Origin: an uncultured bacterium
GTDB taxonomy: Bacteria > UBA8481
Assembly (NCBI GenBank): GCA_964548165.1
Contig: CAZJQD010000013.1
Location: 12,454-76,453, forward strand
DNA length: 64,000 bases
Reading direction: 5' to 3'
Of this stretch, positions 58,334-64,000 are shown one piece after another. The translations under genes were made by a program, and so were the position numbers. The notes below the pieces were generated by a model, which ran no database searches, was not told the origin of the DNA, and saw only the letters and a list, made by a program, of their open reading frames with translations. Position 1 is the stretch's first letter. Each line of letters opens with the position of its first letter.

Positions 58334-59869
58334 GTGAGCACGGTGGAGATTGATCGCGAATTGGTGGAGCGCATCACGCGCGAGGTTGTCAGCAGGCTCT
58401 CGGGCCAGGCCACGGGGCCCCTCGTGGCGCCCCGCGCCGGCGGAGGGCTCCTGGCGGTCCTGACCGGCGGTCCCGCGGGGATCGACGAGGCCGTGACGCA
58501 GCTGCAGGAGGCGCGCGGCCGGTTCGGCTCGCTCACCGTCTACCTGACGCGGTGCGCGGACGGGCGCGTCGGCGACGAGATCACGCGCCGCGTCCGCCCC
58601 GACGCCGTGCTCCGCGAATCCGCGGGCGCCGGCACGGACCAGGCGCTCGCGACCGCGGGCGCCGTCGTCTACCCGGTCTGCACGATGACGACCGCGGCCA
58701 AGATCGGGCTTCTCATCGCCGACAACCCGGCCTCCGCGATCGCGATCGCGGCCCTCGTGCGCCGCATCCCCGTCGTGGTCGCCACCAACTCCATGCTGGC
58801 CTCCGTGACGCGGGGCGATCACCTGCCGCCGGAGTTCGCGGCCGTGGGCAGTGAGCACGTCCAGCGGCTTGGGCGCGTGGGCGTGCGCACGTGCGACATC
58901 CGCGAGCTCTCCGCGGCCTGCCTCGGTGGCGCGGTCTCCGGCGGATCGGTCACGGCCGCCTCGGCGGTCGCGGGCGCTTCCTGCGGGCGCCCGGCGCCGG
59001 CGGGAGCGACCTGGGCGCCATCGGCATCGATCGAGTGCGCGCCCGTCATCGAGAACCTCGGCGAGTTCATCAATTCCGCCCTGGCCGATGATCCTTCCTG
59101 CGCCCCGTGCGCGGCGAAGGTGAAGACGGCCATCGAGCAGTGTTTCGAGGCTGGAGCCTGCCGCATCGGCACGGCGGGGGCGCCGGAGTCCTCGCACGGG
59201 ACCAACAAGGTGGCCGGCATGATCGACCACACGCTCTTGAAGGCCACGGCGACACCGGCCGAGATCGAGAAGCTCTGCGCCGAGGCGCGCGAGTACAAGT
59301 TCAAGTCCGTCTGCGTCAACCCCGGCAACGTCGCGCTCTGCAAGCGGCTGCTTCGGGGTTCGGGCGTCCTCGTCTGCACCGTGGTGGGTTTTCCCCTGGG
59401 CGCCACGACGACGGGCGCGAAGGCGGCCGAGACGCGCGACGCCGTCGCCGATGGCGCCGACGAGATCGACATGGTCATCAACATCGGGGCCCTGAAGGCG
59501 GGCGAGTATGACAAGGTCAAGCATGACATCGAGGCCGTCGTGGAGGCGGCCAAGGGCCGGACGGTCAAGGTCATCTTCGAGACGCACCTGTTGACCGAGG
59601 AAGAGAAGGTTGTCGCCTGCCAGCTCTCGAAGTCGGGCGGCGCCCACTTCGTCAAGACCTCGACCGGATTCTCCGGCGGCGGCGCCACGGCCGAGGACAT
59701 CGCGCTCATGCGCAAGGTCGTCGGCCCGGGTTACGGCGTGAAGGCCTCGGGCGGAGTCCGGACCACGGAGGACGCTCAGAAGATGATCGCCGCAGGAGCC
59801 AACCGCATCGGCGCGTCCGCGTCGATCTCCATCGCGACGGGGAAGAAGTCGGAAAGCAAGGGCTACTGA
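58334..59869 (+). CDS. deoC: Deoxyribose-phosphate aldolase (DeoC) fused to an N-terminal extension of about 270 aa (encapsulation-peptide-like helix, flavoprotein-like segment, Cys-rich linker)
   Basis: C-terminal half is canonical DERA ([11 protein letters not shown]..., [50 protein letters not shown]). N-terminus [18 protein letters not shown]. Confidence 0.85.
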   Translation: MSTVEIDRELVERITREVVSRLSGQATGPLVAPRAGGGLLAVLTGGPAGIDEAVTQLQEARGRFGSLTVYLTRCADGRVGDEITRRVRPDAVLRESAGAGTDQALATAGAVVYPVCTMTTAAKIGLLIADNPASAIAIAALVRRIPVVVATNSMLASVTRGDHLPPEFAAVGSEHVQRLGRVGVRTCDIRELSAACLGGAVSGGSVTAASAVAGASCGRPAPAGATWAPSASIECAPVIENLGEFINSALADDPSCAPCAAKVKTAIEQCFEAGACRIGTAGAPESSHGTNKVAGMIDHTLLKATATPAEIEKLCAEAREYKFKSVCVNPGNVALCKRLLRGSGVLVCTVVGFPLGATTTGAKAAETRDAVADGADEIDMVINIGALKAGEYDKVKHDIEAVVEAAKGRTVKVIFETHLLTEEEKVVACQLSKSGGAHFVKTSTGFSGGGATAEDIALMRKVVGPGYGVKASGGVRTTEDAQKMIAAGANRIGASASISIATGKKSESKGY

Positions 59870-59871
59870 TC

Positions 59872-61059
59872 TTGCCCGCAGTATCGCCTCCTTTCTCCCG
59901 CGTTCTCCTGGTGGTTCTCGATTCGGTCGGCATCGGCGAGATGCCGGACGCGGCCGAATACGGCGACGCCGGTTCCAACACGCTCGCTCATACCGCGGCG
60001 GCGGTCGGCGGACTCCGGATGCCGAACATGGGCCGGCTGGGGCTCGGCAACCTCACGGATGTCGCCGGCGTGCCGCCGGTCGCGGTGCCGGAGGGCGTCA
60101 TCGGCAGGGCCGCCCTGGCGGCGCCGAACAAGGACACGACGTCCGGGCACTGGGAGATGATGACGTGCGTCCTTCCCACCAAGCTCAACACCTTCCCGGG
60201 GGGATTTCCGCCGGAGATCATCGAGGCCTTCTGCCGCGAGGCCGGAGTCGACGGGGTTCTTGGCAACAAGGTTGCCAGCGGCACCGACGTCATCACGGAA
60301 TTCGGCGACGAGCATTGCCGCACGGGCCGGCCCATCGTCTACACCAGCGCGGACTCCGTCTTCCAGGTTGCCGCTCACGAGGAGACCTTCGGGCTGGAGC
60401 GGCTCTACAAGGCCTGCGAGGCCGCTCGCAGGATCCTGGCGGGACCCTGGGAAGTCGGGCGCGTCATCGCGCGACCGTTCACGGGGAAGTCGGGCGCCTA
60501 CAAGCGCACATCGAATCGTCACGACTATTCGCTCTTCCCGCCGGTGCCCACGGTCTGCGACCGGTTGACCGAGGCCGGCATACCGGTCCTCGGAGTGGGA
60601 AAGATCCAGGACATCTTCGCGGGGCGCGGCATTCCCCGGAATCACAAGACCAAGGACAACGCCGACGGGATCGCCAAGACGCTCCTGGGTCTCTCCGAGG
60701 TGAAGACCGGGTTCGTCTTCGTCAACCTCGTCGACTTCGACATGGTCTATGGACACCGCCAGGATGCGCCCGGCTACGCGCGCTGCCTGGAGGAGTTCGA
60801 CGCGGCCCTGCCCTCGTTGATGGCCGCGCTTGGAGAGGGCGATCTCCTGATCCTCTGCGCCGACCATGGCAACGATCCCACCGACAGCCACACCGATCAC
60901 TGCCGCGAGTACTGCCCCATTCTCTGCTGGCACCCCCGCATCGCCAGCGGCCACCTCGGCACGCGGTCGTCCCTGGCCGACATCGGAGCGACCATCGCTG
61001 AGAATTTCGGCGTGACGCCCAGCGCCGGCACCTCGTTTCTCTCTCACCTGATCGCCTGA
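59872..61059 (+). CDS. deoB: Phosphopentomutase
   Basis: [17 protein letters not shown]...GSNTL...TSGHWEMM...ADHGNDPT. Confidence 0.85.
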   Translation: MPAVSPPFSRVLLVVLDSVGIGEMPDAAEYGDAGSNTLAHTAAAVGGLRMPNMGRLGLGNLTDVAGVPPVAVPEGVIGRAALAAPNKDTTSGHWEMMTCVLPTKLNTFPGGFPPEIIEAFCREAGVDGVLGNKVASGTDVITEFGDEHCRTGRPIVYTSADSVFQVAAHEETFGLERLYKACEAARRILAGPWEVGRVIARPFTGKSGAYKRTSNRHDYSLFPPVPTVCDRLTEAGIPVLGVGKIQDIFAGRGIPRNHKTKDNADGIAKTLLGLSEVKTGFVFVNLVDFDMVYGHRQDAPGYARCLEEFDAALPSLMAALGEGDLLILCADHGNDPTDSHTDHCREYCPILCWHPRIASGHLGTRSSLADIGATIAENFGVTPSAGTSFLSHLIA

Positions 61060-61168
61060 CCCTCGCCCGCGTCTGACGCGCGCCCGCGCCGTAGTCGCGC
61101 AGTTTACTGTTCTTCTCCACAGCGTACCTTTTTTACGCAATTTTGGGCATCGAGCGGCCAGCGGGAGA

Positions 61169-61984
61169 ATGCCGATAGGGCGTATAGTGATCTTGGGCGC
61201 TGTGACGACAACCTGGACGCGGGGGCGCGGCCTCATCGCCGCCGGATTCCTCCTCCTGGGTGCGCTCTTTGCCGGTTGCTCCGGGAGTCGCACCCAGGTG
61301 ACCACCAGTTTCGGTCCGGCGCCCACCGGCGTCGAGACGCGGCTGACCCTGGCCTCGGCGACGAGCGCCCGCTACATGGAGCCGACCGAGGCTTCGCGGG
61401 TCAGCAGTTCCCTGGATGGCTATGATCCCGCCGCCGGCGAGCCGCGCAGTCGCCGCCTCGCCTTGCGCGCCCTGCAGAAGGTCACGTCCACCCTGCGCCG
61501 CCTCGAGGACCGCTCGCTCCAGGAACTTCTCGACGAGTACCAGGACCGTTTCGACGCGCTGGAGAAGCGCTATGACAGCGTCGAGGACTTCGTGACCCAT
61601 CTCGGCGTGGAACAGCAGGAGTTTCGCCAGGGGGTGGGCATCACGGCGGCGACCGCGGCCGCCACCATCGGGACGCTCCACGCGCTCAAGCCCGTCGCCG
61701 TCAGCCCGGGGCTCCTCGGCACCTCGGTGCGCGCCGGCTACGACCTCTCCCGGCTGGATGATCCTCGACTGATGCTGGGCTATTCCGATCGCCTCCGGGT
61801 GACCGTCAGCAAGAACGGGTTCGGGGGCACGATCACGGGTGAACGGCTCAGCTACACGGGAGACATCAACATCCAGAGGATGGAAGCCTCGGCGAACGTG
61901 ACCCTGGATCGCAACCTCATGGTCGGCACGCTCTATGCGCACAACGACCAGGCCGTCCAGGGGTTCGTCCGCGTGCAGTTCTAA
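61169..61984 (+). CDS. Hypothetical lipoprotein
   Basis: Signal peptide with lipobox LFAGCSG; no family recognised. Confidence 0.5.
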   Translation: MPIGRIVILGAVTTTWTRGRGLIAAGFLLLGALFAGCSGSRTQVTTSFGPAPTGVETRLTLASATSARYMEPTEASRVSSSLDGYDPAAGEPRSRRLALRALQKVTSTLRRLEDRSLQELLDEYQDRFDALEKRYDSVEDFVTHLGVEQQEFRQGVGITAATAAATIGTLHALKPVAVSPGLLGTSVRAGYDLSRLDDPRLMLGYSDRLRVTVSKNGFGGTITGERLSYTGDINIQRMEASANVTLDRNLMVGTLYAHNDQAVQGFVRVQF

Positions 61985-62078
61985 TCGTTCGCCCTCGTCC
62001 CCTGGCTTGCTCGCATCGCACTCCGGGTCGGGAAAATTTCCACAGGCCCGACGCTCTTCTGTTATTCTCGGGGTCGAT

Positions 62079-62816
62079 ATGGCGACAGGGCGGTTGGAGA
62101 TCGAGGCGGCGGCCGGCACCGACAAGGGTTGCGTCCGCTCGAATAACGAGGACAACTACCGTTTCCTGACGTGGCACGGCGACTTCTGGGCCGCGGTCGC
62201 GGATGGATGCGGCGGGGAGGCGGCCGGTGAGGTGGCGTCCCAGTTGGCCGTGGACGTCTTCGCCGAACAGCTCGAGGAGCAGGCCCAGGGGCAGAGGGAC
62301 CTGCCGTTCGTGCTCCGGGACGCCGTCGCGCGGGCCAACCAGGTGATCCTGGAGTACTCGCACAAGGACGGGCACGAGGGGATGGGCACGACCTTCTCCG
62401 CCGTGTACTGCCGCGGCGACCAGGCCATCACGATTCATGCCGGCGATTCCCGCATCTACCGGTTGCGGAACGGCGAGTTCGCTCAGTTGACCGAGGACCA
62501 CACGTGGGTCCAGGAACAGGTGAAGGCGGGACGGATGACGCCGGAGGCGGCCGAGCACGATCCGCGGGGGAGCGTCCTGATGAAGGCCCTGGGGTCGCCC
62601 GAGTTCCCGGCGCCCGACATGGACTTCCTCGACCTCCAGCCCGGCGACACGTTTCTCCTCTCCTCGGATGGCCTGCATCGCGTGGTGACGCTCCCCGAGA
62701 TCGCCGAGCAGATGAAGAAGGCGCCAGCCGATGCCGCCCGAGACCTCGTCGCGCTCTCGCTGGAGCGTGGGGCGCCCGACAACGTCACGGTCATCGCTTT
62801 CCGGGTGAAGGAGTAG
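62079..62816 (+). CDS. PP2C-family Ser/Thr protein phosphatase
   Basis: GCVRSNNEDN, AVADGCGG, SDGLH, GAPDNVTV. Confidence 0.85.
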   Translation: MATGRLEIEAAAGTDKGCVRSNNEDNYRFLTWHGDFWAAVADGCGGEAAGEVASQLAVDVFAEQLEEQAQGQRDLPFVLRDAVARANQVILEYSHKDGHEGMGTTFSAVYCRGDQAITIHAGDSRIYRLRNGEFAQLTEDHTWVQEQVKAGRMTPEAAEHDPRGSVLMKALGSPEFPAPDMDFLDLQPGDTFLLSSDGLHRVVTLPEIAEQMKKAPADAARDLVALSLERGAPDNVTVIAFRVKE

Positions 62817-64000
62817 TGCGGTACGACCCCAGGCAGAGCGAGGCCCGGATCCAGGAACGCTGGCTGAGCGAGGGCGTCTTTGACCGGGTGACGGGCGGCC
62901 CCAAGTACTACTGCCTCGAGATGTTCCCGTATCCCAGCGGCAAGCTCCACATGGGCCATGTCCGCAACTACACGATCGGCGATGCCATCGCCCGCTTCCA
63001 GCGGATGCAGGGCAAGGACGTCATCTACCCCATTGGCTTCGACGCCTTCGGGCTCCCGGCCGAGAACGCGGCGAACGCGGGCGGCCGTCATCCGCGCGAG
63101 TGGACGCTCGGGCGCATGGACGAGATGGTCGGCCAGATGAAGCGGATGGGGTTCTCCTACAACTGGCACCGCCTGACGCGCACCTGCATGCCCGACTACT
63201 ACCGGTGGAACCAGTGGTTCTTCCTGAAGTTCTGGGAGAAGGGCCTGGTGTATCGCAAGGCCGCGCCCGTGAACTGGTGCCCGAAGTGCGAGACGGTGCT
63301 GGCGAACGAACAGGTGCACGACGGCATGTGCTGGCGCCACGACGACACCCCCGTCGTCGTCCGCAACCTCGAGCAGTGGTTCCTCAAGACCACGGATTAC
63401 GCCGAGCGTCTCGTCGCCAACCTTGATGCGCTGACCGGGTGGCCCGATCACGTCAAGGAGATGCAGAGGCACTGGATCGGGCGCTCCGACGGGGCGATCC
63501 TCCGCTTCCCGGCCGCCGGCTCCGATCGCGTCATCGAGACCTTCACGACCCGCCCGGACACGGTCTATGGGATCACGTGCCTGGTGATGGCCCCGGAGCA
63601 TCCGCTCGTCGACGAGCTCGTGGCGCCGGATCGCGTGGAGGGACTGCGCGCGTTCCGCCTCCAGGTCTCCCGGCTCTCGTCCCAGGATCGCACCGACGCC
63701 ACCAAGCCCAAGCACGGCTTCGCGCTCGGGCGCAACTTCGTCAATCCCTTCACGGGAAGAGAGCACCCGCTCTTCGTGGCCGACTACGCGCTGATGGATT
63801 ACGGCACCGGCGCGGTGATGGCCGTCCCCGCCCATGATCAGCGCGACTTCGAGTTTGCCCGCGCTCATGGCCTGGATGTCGTCCCCGTCATCCATCCCGA
63901 GGGCGAGACCCTGGTCGCCGCCGCGATGAAGGGCGCATACGAGGGAGACGGCGTGATGCGCGGTTCGGGCGCCTTCGACGGCCAACCCAACAGGACGGCC
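62816..64000 (+). CDS. leuS: Leucyl-tRNA synthetase, N-terminal part; continues past the window end
   Basis: FPYPSGKLHMGHVRNYTIGDAIARFQRMQGKDV..., CP1 editing domain TRPDTVYG. GTG start overlapping the PP2C stop. Absent from the ORF track because it has no stop in the window. Confidence 0.85.
   Translation, partial: MRYDPRQSEARIQERWLSEGVFDRVTGGPKYYCLEMFPYPSGKLHMGHVRNYTIGDAIARFQRMQGKDVIYPIGFDAFGLPAENAANAGGRHPREWTLGRMDEMVGQMKRMGFSYNWHRLTRTCMPDYYRWNQWFFLKFWEKGLVYRKAAPVNWCPKCETVLANEQVHDGMCWRHDDTPVVVRNLEQWFLKTTDYAERLVANLDALTGWPDHVKEMQRHWIGRSDGAILRFPAAGSDRVIETFTTRPDTVYGITCLVMAPEHPLVDELVAPDRVEGLRAFRLQVSRLSSQDRTDATKPKHGFALGRNFVNPFTGREHPLFVADYALMDYGTGAVMAVPAHDQRDFEFARAHGLDVVPVIHPEGETLVAAAMKGAYEGDGVMRGSGAFDGQPNRTA

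Noticed and set aside
62483-63985. 500-aa minus-strand ORF
   Set aside because: It is antisense to leuS. leuS is unambiguous (HMGH motif, CP1 editing domain). It is missing from the ORF track only because it runs off the window end.

Overview
This is a high-GC (~70%) bacterial chromosomal window that is densely coding on both strands. Most long minus-strand ORFs in the supplied track are antisense shadows of plus-strand genes, as expected in GC-rich DNA.

From 5' to 3' the window contains:
- Flagellar block (1-6753): the end of a FlgE-like hook gene, fliK, a small flagellar operon protein, and a second, giant (1120 aa) flgE with an internal tandem repeat, followed by a clear rho-independent terminator.
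- An iscS-iscU pair (6844-8414).
- A near-complete dcw (division/cell-wall) cluster (8784-22097): mraZ, rsmH, ftsL, murE, a degenerate murF-like ORF, mraY, murD, ftsW, murG, murC, murB, ddl, ftsQ. It lacks ftsI at the usual position and lacks ftsA/ftsZ after ftsQ.
- A convergent DegT-family sugar aminotransferase, an unknown P-loop protein and argJ.
- A porin plus FecR-like secreted-protein pair, a DUF218 protein, signal peptidase I and a class B PBP.
- An island of Maf-like (motility accessory factor, MptE-like) genes (32970-40496): four modules in three genes, one of them a giant tandem fusion, interspersed with two zinc-ribbon proteins.
- An orphan CpaF/TadA-like ATPase with an unknown upstream partner.
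- A minus-strand block: DedA, an MFS transporter, a NupC nucleoside transporter, a Ser/Thr kinase, an FHA-GAF protein and an alpha/beta hydrolase.
- A bacterial microcompartment locus (49430-61059): PduL, BMC-H, BMC-P, acylating aldehyde dehydrogenase, PduS-like, BMC-T, and a deoxyribose-phosphate aldolase carrying an N-terminal flavoprotein-like extension, next to phosphopentomutase, a 5'-nucleotidase and a GGDEF protein. This looks like an SPU-type (sugar-phosphate utilising) organelle fed by nucleoside catabolism.
- A lipoprotein, a PP2C phosphatase and the 5' end of leuS.

No CRISPR arrays, obvious mobile elements or rRNA/tRNA genes were recognised by eye. The lineage is probably an FtsZ-less or otherwise atypical high-GC phylum, possibly Planctomycetota-like; this is inference only.
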